64,000 nucleotides of DNA from Chitinophaga pinensis (GTDB taxonomy: Bacteria > Bacteroidota > Bacteroidia > Chitinophagales > Chitinophagaceae). A model generated the notes under the pieces. It was given only the letters and a program-made list of their open reading frames with translations, did no database searches and was not told where the DNA came from. The DNA is taken from the NCBI GenBank assembly GCA_945872815.1, contig CAMCAY010000002.1, positions 22,519 through 86,518 on the forward strand, in the 5' to 3' direction. Made by a program: the position numbers and the translations under genes. Below are positions 10,227-20,881 of the stretch, piece after piece. Each line of letters starts with the position of its first letter. Positions within the stretch are counted from its first letter, which is position 1.

Positions 10227-11408
10227 ATGAACAACCGACAGCTTTTTTTGGATCATGTAGGACAAACTTCCACAGCACCATTATGTTTGAACATTGTTAA
10301 GGCAGATGGCTCTAAAATGTGGGATGTGAATGAAAAGGAATACATCGATTTAATAGCGGGCATCAGTGTATGCAATATTGGGCACAGACATCCAAAAGTA
10401 GTAGATGCCATCAAAAAACAAACAGATGAATACCTTCATATTATGGTATATGGAGAGTTGATTGAAAATCCACAAGTAGAATATGCAGGCCTAATAACCA
10501 AACATTTACCTCCATCTTTGAACAATGTTTTTTTTACGGCCAGTGGAAGTGAAGCTACGGAAGGTGCCATGAAACTTGCCAAACGATTTACAGGAAGAAC
10601 ACAAATTGTATCATTTAAAAATTCATACCATGGCAGTACCCAAGGGGCACTTAGTATCATGGGAAGTGAATATTGGCAACAGGCATTTCGCCCATTGCTT
10701 CCGGGCATTGTTCAATTGCAATATAATTCAATGGATGATCTTGAATTGATTACCGAAGAAACTGCTTGTGTAATTGCAGAAACAATACAAGCTGAAGCGG
10801 GCGTGAATGTTCCTGCGAAAGAATGGATGAAAGCACTTAGAAAAAAGTGTGATGAAAAAAATGTGTTGCTTGTGCTAGATGAAATTCAATGCGGGTTTGG
10901 CAGAAACGGAACAATGTGGGCATTTGAACAATTTGATATTGTTCCGGATATTTTATTGCTGGGAAAAGCATTGGGTGGCGGAATGCCATTGGGAGCATTT
11001 ATTGCCGACAGAAAAATCATGTACTCACTTACCAACAATCCGGTTTTAGGGCATATCAACACCTTTGGAGGCCACCCTGTATGTTGTGCTGCAGGTCTTG
11101 CTTCCTTGAAAGTATTATTGGAAGAACAAATGGTGGAAGGTGTTTTCGAAAAAGAAAATCAGTTTTTACAATTGTTGCAACACCCTAAAATAAATGAAGT
11201 CAGTAGTAAAGGATTGATGATTGCTGTGAAATTTGACAATTTTGAATTGAATAAAAAAATCATTGACAAATTAATTGAGGAAGGTGTATTTACCGATTGG
11301 TTTTTATTTGCATCCAATGCACTTAGAATTGCACCTCCATTGAATATATCCTATAATGAAATAGAATCCGCTTGTAAAACTATTATAAAAGTGTTGGACA
11401 ATATTTGA
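10227..11408 (+). CDS. Class III PLP aminotransferase (ArgD/acetylornithine aminotransferase-like)
   Basis: YIDLIAGISVCNIGH, SGSEATEGA, SYHGST, DEIQCGFGRNG, PDILLLGKALGGG (PLP Lys), HINTFGG. Substrate uncertain. Confidence 0.88.
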   Translation: MNNRQLFLDHVGQTSTAPLCLNIVKADGSKMWDVNEKEYIDLIAGISVCNIGHRHPKVVDAIKKQTDEYLHIMVYGELIENPQVEYAGLITKHLPPSLNNVFFTASGSEATEGAMKLAKRFTGRTQIVSFKNSYHGSTQGALSIMGSEYWQQAFRPLLPGIVQLQYNSMDDLELITEETACVIAETIQAEAGVNVPAKEWMKALRKKCDEKNVLLVLDEIQCGFGRNGTMWAFEQFDIVPDILLLGKALGGGMPLGAFIADRKIMYSLTNNPVLGHINTFGGHPVCCAAGLASLKVLLEEQMVEGVFEKENQFLQLLQHPKINEVSSKGLMIAVKFDNFELNKKIIDKLIEEGVFTDWFLFASNALRIAPPLNISYNEIESACKTIIKVLDNI

Positions 11409-11435
11409 TGTTAAAGGTATCGAATATTAGAGCTC

Positions 11436-14400
11436 TTAAAAATCAAGACCTAATGATACATAATTAATAGTTCTGCCTTTAAAAAATGTACTCATGGGCC
11501 ATGATACATCGTATTTAACAAAGTAACCGAAAAAGGTGCTTCTTACTCCAAATCCATATCCGCCAATAAACGGACCAACGCCACCTAACTTTTGTTTAAC
11601 AGTAACAAAACCTGCAGGTGTTCCACCAACATTCGTAAATGTTGTCTCTGGGCGCTTCATTCCTTTGTAAGCTCCATTCCAGGCAGTTCCCAGATCTATG
11701 AATTGGGTTAATTGTAAATCTCTCAAAAATGGATTGTTGATGGTTTTGTCAAAAAAGGTAGATAATACAGGCAATCTGAATTCGCTGTTTAATACCACGG
11801 CATTGTTTCCGTTAGCAGCATTTTGAATAAACCCGCGCATGTTTACTGCCAATGTTTGAAAAGCATAAGTTTGATCGTTGTCGGGTCTGTTTTTTGCATT
11901 GAAATATCTTTGTCTCGTTGTTCCAGGTTTTACATTGTTACCAAACATCAACCATCCATCCACGCCTCCTAAATAATAAATGAGCTTTTGATCTCCCCAA
12001 CTGAAATCTGCCGCTGCACGACCAGCCCAAATAAAATTTCTGTAAATAGGATAATAATATCTTGACTCAAAACCGAAATTAAATGTGTTTGAACCAACAC
12101 TTCTTTTGTTGTCAAGTTGACGGTTCCAGTCCACATATCCTTTATAACGCAGACCCTGCCAAATATTCAATGCCCTGATCAACGTATTGTCATACACATA
12201 TTCAATATGAGACAGAGAATAATATGTTTGTTGATTTTCAATGGATGCACTTAACTGATCCAATGTTGAAACAGCCAAATTATCGGACCTGATACCTGTT
12301 GTGAGTCTTATGCTTCTCGCTTTATCAAAAGGATAGTTGATATTCCCCTGATAAATATTGGTGATTAATTTTGCCGGATATTGATCAATAATATTTCCGG
12401 ATTGATCTACAATTACAGCACCAGTACTCGTTGCATTTCGATAAACCATGCTTCCAAAATCCAATCTGTGTTTAACGTTTTGATAATTAATAAGCCATTC
12501 GTTGTTTTTAAAATCACCCCCTAATTTAAATGCTCCAGAAAAATGAATGTCTTCCAACATATCAGAAGTACTTAATGAAATCAACCCATTGAAAGAAGAG
12601 TTGCTGTTTAGTTTAATTGGGCCTGAACCGTTTCCGTATAACTGATATTTATTGAAAAGAATATTACTGTTTAATCCAAGTGCTCCGCCGTCAGCTGAAA
12701 ATTTAATCGGCTTGTATCTGTAAAATTTAGCTTTGCTTAGTACATTATCCTGATATTGATTTTGTTGCGCGAAATTTAAACTATCAAACTTTGTTTCTAT
12801 CATTCTTTTTTTTGCATAAACAGTTGGAGATGCTGCCACATTTCTCCTTGCCAAAACATTTTCATCAATTTTTAATTTGTAAAGATTTTTCTGTTTATCC
12901 TGATTCGTTACTTCGCTGAGAATGCGTTGTTCACCTGCACTTCTTGTTTCAGCAATGCTAGTTTGATAATTGGTTAAGGGGAATGAATACGCTGAATCCG
13001 CCGTCATGGATACATAGGCAATAGAGTCTACAGATGATTTTTTTTGAATCTTTAAAGCACTGTCAATTTCGGATTGAACAGGATTTCTCAGTATTTCATC
13101 ACCAATCAATACCAGTGTATCTAAACCTAATTTTTTTGTTGTAAAAAAACCGGCGTATCTGTTTGCAATGCCATTTTCATCACTTACGAATGTAAAATGA
13201 TTGACATTGTATTGGGCAGGAAATCTTGCATTTCCATATTTCAATTTCGTAAGTTGAGTTATCTGATTTAATTCGGGTTTATCACCAAAATTGGTAATCA
13301 TAAAAACATTCAACTTATTGTCGCTGGGCAATACCTTATCTGAAGATGGTGCATCCGCAGAAGGTCTGTTGCTGACAAATATGATACCCATTTTATTGGG
13401 GAAAGTAACAAAAGAAGGGTCTAAATTATCATAAACGTCATTGGTAATTTGAGTTGACTTTTCTTTTTCAAGATCATAAGTAAATATATCGGTATGACCA
13501 TTTTTTACAGCAGACAATAACAAAGTTCTACTGTCAAGCATGTACTTTACATCCTGAACTTGATCAAATTCATTTGTCAAATCAATGGTAAACATCTCTG
13601 TTTTTGCAATTACATCATACAGCATCAATTTCAATTTTCCATTCATTGCATATATCAAACTTATTTTCGTTCCCTTAGGATCCCATGCTGTCAAGGGATA
13701 CACAGGATCTCTTTCATTCTCAAGACTTAAAATTCCAAATTTAAGCATGGTTGTTTTTTCATCATTGTCGTTTAATATGACCCTGATTATTCCTTTTTTG
13801 AATTGAGTTACAGTATAGGAACTGTTTTTCTTGTTTGGGTTTACATTGAATTGATAGTAATTCAATCTTGGGGTAACATCAAACCCATCAATTAAATTGC
13901 CTTTGGGATAATTTTTTCTTCGAAAGATATCAAGCGTATATTTATCTTCCTGGTATTGCATGAATTCTTTGGTAAGGTCATTGAATTTTTTCTTTGCTAT
14001 CTGTAAGCTTGCTTTGTTCATGCTTTTAAAAGTTCGGGACAAGTAGAAGAAATAAGTGGTGTTTTCTTTCTTATATTTTTCCTCGATAAAATACCAAAAA
14101 GCGTGTCCTGCAAGTCTTGGATTATCAAAAGCAAAACGAGAAAATTTTGAATATTCACCGCTGAGTATTTCTCCTTTCAATTCATCATCCAACGATGTGT
14201 TCCAATGCTCTGCCAAATATGCTTTATAGCCGTCCACATACCATTTGGGCAGGTCGAGCAATGTTTGATTTCCGGCCGTTTCACTCAGATCCTCGCCGAA
14301 TAAAATATTTTTAACCAATACATCAGCTATTCCTTGTCTTATACGAACTTTTAAGTTACTGTGATTTCCATCAAAGTAAATCAGCATTTTGTTATTGACG

Positions 14401-14756
14401 AGCTGAGTATTTCCTCCATTATTGATGATATCTGTTTCAAGGCCGATGTTCGTTTGCTGATAATCTTTATAAGAATTGTATAAGATGATGTTGGTTCTTT
14501 TTCGAATTTTAGATTCAGCTTCTGCTTGAATATTTGTCAGTTCTTTTTCTGCAGATTGGAGTACAAATTTGGCAAGTTCTTCTCCATTGTCATAAAAAAA
14601 GACATTAAAACGAGAAGATTGTAAAAAATTCCATTTTTTATTGCCGTGCTGAATTTTATTTTTTCCGAAAACTACTGCATTAACCTGTGCAACAGAATAA
14701 ATGCTGTTAAGCATAAAAATTACGGATATAAAAATAATTCTTCTGAACTTTGCCAT
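11436..14756 (-). CDS. Large Omp85-family outer membrane protein: degenerate peptidase-MA-like N-terminus, PD40/TolB-like beta-propeller, C-terminal barrel
   Basis: Signal peptide; FGKNKIQ and LPKWYVDG peptidase-MA-like segments; propeller repeats (LTAWDPKG, NLDPSFV); Omp85 loop-6 motif MRGF; ends YVSLGLDF. Confidence 0.7.
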   Translation of the reverse strand: MAKFRRIIFISVIFMLNSIYSVAQVNAVVFGKNKIQHGNKKWNFLQSSRFNVFFYDNGEELAKFVLQSAEKELTNIQAEAESKIRKRTNIILYNSYKDYQQTNIGLETDIINNGGNTQLVNNKMLIYFDGNHSNLKVRIRQGIADVLVKNILFGEDLSETAGNQTLLDLPKWYVDGYKAYLAEHWNTSLDDELKGEILSGEYSKFSRFAFDNPRLAGHAFWYFIEEKYKKENTTYFFYLSRTFKSMNKASLQIAKKKFNDLTKEFMQYQEDKYTLDIFRRKNYPKGNLIDGFDVTPRLNYYQFNVNPNKKNSSYTVTQFKKGIIRVILNDNDEKTTMLKFGILSLENERDPVYPLTAWDPKGTKISLIYAMNGKLKLMLYDVIAKTEMFTIDLTNEFDQVQDVKYMLDSRTLLLSAVKNGHTDIFTYDLEKEKSTQITNDVYDNLDPSFVTFPNKMGIIFVSNRPSADAPSSDKVLPSDNKLNVFMITNFGDKPELNQITQLTKLKYGNARFPAQYNVNHFTFVSDENGIANRYAGFFTTKKLGLDTLVLIGDEILRNPVQSEIDSALKIQKKSSVDSIAYVSMTADSAYSFPLTNYQTSIAETRSAGEQRILSEVTNQDKQKNLYKLKIDENVLARRNVAASPTVYAKKRMIETKFDSLNFAQQNQYQDNVLSKAKFYRYKPIKFSADGGALGLNSNILFNKYQLYGNGSGPIKLNSNSSFNGLISLSTSDMLEDIHFSGAFKLGGDFKNNEWLINYQNVKHRLDFGSMVYRNATSTGAVIVDQSGNIIDQYPAKLITNIYQGNINYPFDKARSIRLTTGIRSDNLAVSTLDQLSASIENQQTYYSLSHIEYVYDNTLIRALNIWQGLRYKGYVDWNRQLDNKRSVGSNTFNFGFESRYYYPIYRNFIWAGRAAADFSWGDQKLIYYLGGVDGWLMFGNNVKPGTTRQRYFNAKNRPDNDQTYAFQTLAVNMRGFIQNAANGNNAVVLNSEFRLPVLSTFFDKTINNPFLRDLQLTQFIDLGTAWNGAYKGMKRPETTFTNVGGTPAGFVTVKQKLGGVGPFIGGYGFGVRSTFFGYFVKYDVSWPMSTFFKGRTINYVSLGLDF

Positions 14757-14825
14757 TCTGATATACTGTTATTTAGTACTAAATTAGTTGATTCGCATTA
14801 ATCGTTAAAAACAATTTACAAATCC

Positions 14826-15464
14826 ATGTTTTACATCAAGAGCTTTACATTCAGCCCCATAAGAGAAAATACCTACGTATTGTATAATGATGATAAAAAT
14901 TGCATCATTATAGATCCTGGTTGTTATTTTGATGAAGAAAAAAATGAGCTTAGTCAGTTTATTAACACACAAAAATTAGTTCCAAAAATGCTATTAAACA
15001 CTCACTGCCACCTTGACCATGTCTTTGGCAATAAGTTTGTAGCAGAAAAATACCAATTGATTCCTGCGATTCATGAATTGGAAAAAGAAATGTTGGAATA
15101 TGCTCCAGTCAGTGGTCTTATGTATGAGATGCCATTTGAAAATTATGAGGGGGAACTTAATTTTTTAAAAGAAGGAGATTCGATTAATATTGGAGATGAT
15201 GAACTAAAAGTACTTTTTACACCTGGGCACAGCAAGGGCAGTGTCAGTTTTTACTGTGCGAAGCAAGATTTTTTAATAAGTGGAGATGTGTTATTTTTCA
15301 GGAGTATTGGAAGAACAGATTTGCCGGGAGGGAACCATGAAACATTAATAAAGAGCATTCGAGAACAATTGTTTATTCTTCCAGATAATACTGTTGTTTA
15401 CAGCGGACATGGGCAGCAGACAAGCATCGGGGAAGAAAAAAAATCAAATCCCTTTTTACAGTAA
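14826..15464 (+). CDS. MBL-fold metallo-hydrolase (glyoxalase II/YcbL-like)
   Basis: THCHLDH, TPGHS, SGDVLF, GRTDLPGG, YSGHG. Confidence 0.93.
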   Translation: MFYIKSFTFSPIRENTYVLYNDDKNCIIIDPGCYFDEEKNELSQFINTQKLVPKMLLNTHCHLDHVFGNKFVAEKYQLIPAIHELEKEMLEYAPVSGLMYEMPFENYEGELNFLKEGDSINIGDDELKVLFTPGHSKGSVSFYCAKQDFLISGDVLFFRSIGRTDLPGGNHETLIKSIREQLFILPDNTVVYSGHGQQTSIGEEKKSNPFLQ

Positions 15465-15470
15465 ATAATA

Positions 15471-15872
15471 TTACCTGATTGACTGACATAGTTCAATCAA
15501 AACTCCATTGGTTCCTTTCGGATGTAAAAAACAAACCCATTTATTATCCGCCCCCTTTTTAGGGGTTTCATTCAATAATACAAATCCTTCGGAAGAAAGC
15601 CGATCCATTTCTTCAAGAATATTATCTACTTCAAAAGCTATGTGATGAAGCCCCTCTCCTTTTTTCTCTATGAACTTGGCAATAACGCCCTCCGCATTAC
15701 TACTTTCGAGAAGTTCCAGTTTGGTCTGACCCGTTTGAAAAAAAGCTGTAAGAACCTGCTCACTTTCCACCATTTCTTTTTTATAACAAGGAGTGTTTAA
15801 AATCTTCTCAAAGATGGGAATAGAAACCTGAAGATTTTTTACTGCAATGCCAATGTGATCAAGATGATTCAT
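15471..15872 (-). CDS. mce: Methylmalonyl-CoA epimerase
   Basis: LDHIGIAV, KLELLE, KFIEKKGEGLHHIAFEV, FLHPKGTNGVLIELCQ. Confidence 0.92.
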   Translation of the reverse strand: MNHLDHIGIAVKNLQVSIPIFEKILNTPCYKKEMVESEQVLTAFFQTGQTKLELLESSNAEGVIAKFIEKKGEGLHHIAFEVDNILEEMDRLSSEGFVLLNETPKKGADNKWVCFLHPKGTNGVLIELCQSIR

Positions 15873-16091
15873 ATATTAATATTTTTTTGTAATAACTATA
15901 AGTTTATGCTTACTTAAAAGGACTTGTGTTTTGAATTTTCTTTAAATCGATTCTTTTTTTATGATAAATAAAAAAATGTTTACGAAATGCGTTAATTAAC
16001 TGCAATAATGCCAATCTCGTAAACAAAATAAAACCTTTTATATTAATTTCGTGTTATTATACTTAACACAATTACTTAACTATATTTTATT

Positions 16092-17309
16092 ATGCTAAAA
16101 TTACCCATTTATCTGGATAATAATGCTACCACTCCCATGGATCCGAGGGTATTGGAAGCAATGACACCTTATTTTCTTCAAAATTTTGGAAATGCTGCAA
16201 GTAGAAACCACCCTTTTGGTTGGGCTGCTGAAGAAGCTGTAGATTACTCAAGAGAGCAGGTTGCAAAATTGATTGGAGCAGATCCTAAAGAAATTATTTT
16301 TACTTCAGGAGCAACCGAAGCTGATAACCTTGGAATAAAGGGGGTTTTTGAGATGTATGCCTCAAAAGGAAATCATATCATAACAGCCACAACAGAACAC
16401 AAAGCCGTTTTGGATACTTGTAAGCATATTGAAAAAAGTGGCGGAGAGGTTACCTATTTGAACGTACAGCCGGATGGGCTTATCGATTTAGCGGAATTGG
16501 AAGCAGCGATTAAACCAACTACCATTCTTATTTCCATCATGTATGCCAATAATGAAATTGGAACAGTGATGCCAATCAAAGAAATAAGTTCTATTGCTCG
16601 TAAACACGGAGTGCTTGTTTTTACAGATGCTACGCAGGCTGTAGGCAAGATACCTGTGAATGTAAATAAAGATGGGATTGATTTAATGGCTTTTACAGCA
16701 CATAAAATGTATGGGCCAAAAGGTGTGGGTGCCTTGTATGTAAGAAGAAAAAATCCTCGTGTTAAAGTAACTGCTCAAATGGATGGCGGAGGCCACGAAC
16801 GTGGTATGCGCAGCGGAACTTTAAATGTACCAGGAATCGTAGGTTTTGGAAAAGCATGCGAGTTGTGTATGCTTGAAATGGAAACAGACAGCAAGCGTGT
16901 TTCAGCATTACGAGATAAATTAGAGAATGCTTTGCTTACATTAGAAGAAGCTTACGTCAATGGAAATCGTCAATACCGTTTACCTCATGTAGCCAATATA
17001 TCATTCAAGCATGTGGAAGGGGAAGGTTTATTGATGGGATTTAATAAAAACATTGCCCTTAGTTCCGGATCAGCTTGCACGTCTGCATCACTTGAACCAT
17101 CTTATGTATTGAAAGCACTGGGATTAGGTGACGACTTAGCACATAGTTCACTAAGATTTGGATTAAGCAGGTTTACCACAGAAGAGGAAATTGATTATAC
17201 AATCAAAGCTATCAGCGATACAGTACTTAAACTCAGAGAAATGAGTCCTTTGTGGGAAATGTACAAAGAAGGTATTGATTTAAATAGTATTCAATGGGCA
17301 GCTCACTAA
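16092..17309 (+). CDS. iscS: Cysteine desulfurase IscS
   Basis: [33 protein letters not shown] (PLP Lys), [17 protein letters not shown] (catalytic Cys), C-terminal [11 protein letters not shown]. Confidence 0.96.
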   Translation: MLKLPIYLDNNATTPMDPRVLEAMTPYFLQNFGNAASRNHPFGWAAEEAVDYSREQVAKLIGADPKEIIFTSGATEADNLGIKGVFEMYASKGNHIITATTEHKAVLDTCKHIEKSGGEVTYLNVQPDGLIDLAELEAAIKPTTILISIMYANNEIGTVMPIKEISSIARKHGVLVFTDATQAVGKIPVNVNKDGIDLMAFTAHKMYGPKGVGALYVRRKNPRVKVTAQMDGGGHERGMRSGTLNVPGIVGFGKACELCMLEMETDSKRVSALRDKLENALLTLEEAYVNGNRQYRLPHVANISFKHVEGEGLLMGFNKNIALSSGSACTSASLEPSYVLKALGLGDDLAHSSLRFGLSRFTTEEEIDYTIKAISDTVLKLREMSPLWEMYKEGIDLNSIQWAAH

Positions 17310-17353
17310 ATAAATTTAAAAATAAAAAGTATAACTTCTAAACATAACTTAAT

Positions 17354-17773
17354 ATGGCATACTCAGAAAAAGTAATCGATCATTATCAAAATCCCAAAAA
17401 TGTTGGGACTTTGGACAAATCAAGTAAAAATGTAGGAACTGGATTAGTTGGTGCTCCGGAATGTGGAGATGTGATGCGTCTTCAAATTGAAGTAAACAAT
17501 GAAACAGGCATGATTACAGATGCTAAGTTTAAAACCTTTGGTTGTGGTTCAGCTATTGCCTCTTCCTCTCTTGCTACTGAATGGTTAAAAGGGAAAAGTG
17601 TTGATGAAGCATTGAAAATTGACAATATGACTATTGTAGAAGAATTGAATTTGCCTCCTGTTAAAATACATTGTTCTGTTTTGGCAGAGGATGCTATTAA
17701 AGCAGCTATCAATGATTACAGAGAAAAAAATGGTTTGGAGAAAATAAAATTTGAAGAAAGTGTGATTCACTAA
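17354..17773 (+). CDS. iscU: Fe-S cluster scaffold IscU
   Basis: YSEKVIDHY, GAPECGDVM, FKTFGCGSAIASSS, LPPVKIHCSVLAEDAI. Confidence 0.96.
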   Translation: MAYSEKVIDHYQNPKNVGTLDKSSKNVGTGLVGAPECGDVMRLQIEVNNETGMITDAKFKTFGCGSAIASSSLATEWLKGKSVDEALKIDNMTIVEELNLPPVKIHCSVLAEDAIKAAINDYREKNGLEKIKFEESVIH

Positions 17774-17785
17774 AATTTTCTTGAA

Positions 17786-18136
17786 ATGGTAGCAACAGAA
17801 AACAGTATCTATATTAGCGATAAAGCAAAAACAAAAGTCATTCAACTAATGACTGACGCCGGTATTGGAGAAGATGCTTCTTATTTTCTTCGTGTAGGAG
17901 TTGTTGGCGGTGGGTGCAGTGGATTAAGCTACAAATTAGATTTCGATAATGAGATAAAGCCGATGGATCAAGTATTTGAAGACAAAGGAATTAAAATAGT
18001 AACAGACCTCAAAAGCTTTTTATATCTTGTAAATACAGAATTAGATTTCAGCGACGGTTTAAATGGCAAAGGATTTTATTTTGATAATCCTAATGCCAGC
18101 AGAAGTTGTGGTTGCGGGGACAGTTTCGCCGTGTAA
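17786..18136 (+). CDS. iscA: Fe-S cluster assembly A-type carrier IscA/HesB
   Basis: LRVGVVGGGCSGLSY, NPNASRSCGCGDSF. Confidence 0.93.
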   Translation: MVATENSIYISDKAKTKVIQLMTDAGIGEDASYFLRVGVVGGGCSGLSYKLDFDNEIKPMDQVFEDKGIKIVTDLKSFLYLVNTELDFSDGLNGKGFYFDNPNASRSCGCGDSFAV

Positions 18137-18155
18137 ATAATTTTTTGAATTAAGC

Positions 18156-18187
18156 ATAAAGCCCTCTCTTTTCAGAAAGGGCTTTAT
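18156..18187. terminator. Probable bidirectional intrinsic terminator between convergent iscA and gldN
   Basis: Inverted repeat ATAAAGCCCT (18156-18165) / AGGGCTTTAT (18178-18187) with A/T-rich flanks. Confidence 0.7.
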
Positions 18188-18217
18188 TATTGAAGCATTT
18201 TTTAGACGCTGTTATTA

Positions 18218-19237
18218 TTAGTAACTCCACAGATTTTGCTCATAATTGAATATTTTCTCTTTCACAGTTTCACCTTCAAACAATTGAAACAATCCATTGT
18301 CTTTTAACCCTGGATAACTTGCAATTAAGAGATCTCTGGGGTTATCCATTGTGGTCTTAATGATTCTAGAAGAGAAGATTCTGTTTTCAAACAATTCTTC
18401 CCAACTTAATCGTGCTGATAAATTCTTAGGATTGTATACTTCATACTTTGCAAGAATAGGACGCATATCTGGATAATAAACCCAGAACAATTCAGATGGC
18501 CCTAAATCAATACCGGCAGAAGTTATGACATTCTTTACTGGTGCAATACCTAAAATTCTCCAAAACAGTCGAGAACTCTCTTTATCAAAAATCACTTCCT
18601 CTTTTAAATGATACTTATAAAATGAATCCAAGTTAATATCGTTGCGTTTCTTTTGTGATCCAACTTGTTGACCTAATGTATCATAAATAGGAACGTCAAT
18701 CTCTTCTCCCGCAACCATTTTCGCAACCTCAGCTTTGATCATTGGTGTTGTAAATCTATCATCTGAAAATGCAGTCACTGATTCATCTTGAATTGCCTGA
18801 AGTAAAATTGAAATAAAACGCTGGTTTCCATCATCAGCATCTGCTGAATACATGAATGGAAGATTTATTTTTTCACGACAATCAATTTCACGCATTAATT
18901 TTTGACGAAATGCAGCGTCATCTGCTCTTAAATGTTCGTACGCCAATGGAACTCTGTCGTGTAAACTACCTGTTTCTACTGCTTCATCGGCCCTCAATGA
19001 TCTTTTTACTAATTTAATGGGCAAACTATCGTTTTTAACTACTGGTGTTTCTTCGGCTGCCTTTGCAGCAAGAATAGCACTTGAGTCAACTGCCGGTTCA
19101 GTAGTCTGAATATTCGCAGTTGTTTTAGCTTTTGAAGTTTTTTTGGTACCTCTTTTTGCTTTTTGTGCAATGACTATATTAGTCATCATACAAAACAACA
19201 AACCGAATAACAGATACTTTAAATTAATAATTTTCAT
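18218..19237 (-). CDS. gldN: Gliding motility/T9SS protein GldN
   Basis: PLAYEHLR, EKINLPF, HLKEEVIFDKESSRLFWRILGIAP, ELFWVYYPDMR, KIFNYEQNLWSY; last gene of the KLMN cluster. Confidence 0.9.
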   Translation of the reverse strand: MKIINLKYLLFGLLFCMMTNIVIAQKAKRGTKKTSKAKTTANIQTTEPAVDSSAILAAKAAEETPVVKNDSLPIKLVKRSLRADEAVETGSLHDRVPLAYEHLRADDAAFRQKLMREIDCREKINLPFMYSADADDGNQRFISILLQAIQDESVTAFSDDRFTTPMIKAEVAKMVAGEEIDVPIYDTLGQQVGSQKKRNDINLDSFYKYHLKEEVIFDKESSRLFWRILGIAPVKNVITSAGIDLGPSELFWVYYPDMRPILAKYEVYNPKNLSARLSWEELFENRIFSSRIIKTTMDNPRDLLIASYPGLKDNGLFQLFEGETVKEKIFNYEQNLWSY

Positions 19238-19280
19238 TTTTATACTATTATAATATTAACGCCTTGGCTTGGCTATAACT

Positions 19281-20819
19281 TTAGTAAAGAGCAATTGACT
19301 TACCATCTATTGTTCTTGTACCATCTGGTCCTTGTACTTTGATATTGTCAAATGTAATTACAGAACCGGGTCCGCACATACTAATAAAAGATGAAATCGG
19401 AGCTAGGTTGTTTCCTTGCAAAGAGGCAGTTTTCACATTCGGAAAGTTTGCACCAGAGAAGTAAACAGTAGCGCTTACAACATTGTACCTGATATCAAAA
19501 TCAAAGTTTTCCAGTTCAGCTCTGCAAGCAGTTTGACTTTTAAACTCAATAGATGGCATCCTTACCTTTCCTGATCCTACTTTAAAAATTGGACTTGGGA
19601 TAGGCTTTAATCTAAATTCAAATGTGCTTGATTTTTTATCCGCTACTACAGTAATTACTGATTTTTGACCTGGCATTGCTGCAGGTTTAACGATTCTATT
19701 TGATCCTTGTCCTGAAATTGTTCCATTGGTAATTGAAACAGTTGTTTTATCCCATCCAGTTGGTGAACCAATTGTTACAGGATTATCAACGCCAATGTAA
19801 AATACATTCATTTTATCAGGCATTACCGCTGCACCACCCGGTGTTCCAACGGTGTATTTTACATCAAAAGTTTTGGTTTCTTTTGTGCCATCCGGTTTTG
19901 TATAGGTAACATTTACAGGTACCGATCTTGAACCAGATCCGCTTGCGTTAAACTTATAGCTGGCACGACCATCAGGTCCTACAGCTGCAGATGAACCACC
20001 AATTGAAATCTGAGGCTGAGCTGCTTTACTATAAGCACCCACACCTGCAGTTATTTCAACTTCTTCACCAGGCATTACATAATTAGAACTTTGTCCAACC
20101 AAAGCTGCGAATTGATCATAGACAACTTTTACAGCTCCTACTTGGTTATGGCAATATGTAACCACTAAATTCTCAGCATTTTTTACGTTGTTTTGAAACT
20201 TACTTAATAGTGTAAGAGCAGCAACACTTGGAGTCATGTGAAAATACGCTGTGGTAAAATCTTTCTCTTTTCCATCTTGTCCAATTGTTTTAGAAATATC
20301 TACAGGAAAAGTAAGTTCAAATTCTTTTCTGATTGAAGGGTCAATATTTAACATTGCTTCCCTGAAGTCCTTCAGTTTTTGTTCTAATTCTTTTCCTTTT
20401 TTCTTTCCGCCATCTCCATCTCCAAAAAGTCTAGTAGCGGCTTCAAGATCATCTTCTTTGAATTCTTCCACTTTTTTTCCGTCGATGTCAACAATTTTAA
20501 AACCAGACTCATTTTTTAAGTCGGTTTTTAATTGATTTAGGAATCCATCCATTTCAGTAGCAAGCTTCTTAGCTTGTTCTGCTTTTTCGTACCAAGGTTT
20601 AGCTTTTTCAGCAGTCATTGGATCAGCCAACTTAGCTTTTAATGATGTGTATAAAGTAGTATTGGCAGAACTTAAATTGTCGTTTGAAGTAACTAAACTT
20701 TTGTCTACAACCTTGAAGGCATTTAAAATTTCTGATGACACATTCAATGCAAGAAGTGCGGTAAGCACCAAGTACATCAAATTAATCATTTTCTGCCTGG
20801 GCTCTTTCGGTAAAGCCAT
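19281..20819 (-). CDS. gldM: Gliding motility/T9SS motor protein GldM
   Basis: Hallmark N-terminus PRQKMINLMYLVLTALLALNVSSEIL; KMNVFYIGVDNPV. Confidence 0.95.
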   Translation of the reverse strand: MALPKEPRQKMINLMYLVLTALLALNVSSEILNAFKVVDKSLVTSNDNLSSANTTLYTSLKAKLADPMTAEKAKPWYEKAEQAKKLATEMDGFLNQLKTDLKNESGFKIVDIDGKKVEEFKEDDLEAATRLFGDGDGGKKKGKELEQKLKDFREAMLNIDPSIRKEFELTFPVDISKTIGQDGKEKDFTTAYFHMTPSVAALTLLSKFQNNVKNAENLVVTYCHNQVGAVKVVYDQFAALVGQSSNYVMPGEEVEITAGVGAYSKAAQPQISIGGSSAAVGPDGRASYKFNASGSGSRSVPVNVTYTKPDGTKETKTFDVKYTVGTPGGAAVMPDKMNVFYIGVDNPVTIGSPTGWDKTTVSITNGTISGQGSNRIVKPAAMPGQKSVITVVADKKSSTFEFRLKPIPSPIFKVGSGKVRMPSIEFKSQTACRAELENFDFDIRYNVVSATVYFSGANFPNVKTASLQGNNLAPISSFISMCGPGSVITFDNIKVQGPDGTRTIDGKSIALY

Positions 20820-20881
20820 GATTCGTTAGATTATTATTTGAATAAATATTGTTAGAATTAAATAACTAAGCTCAGTATATA

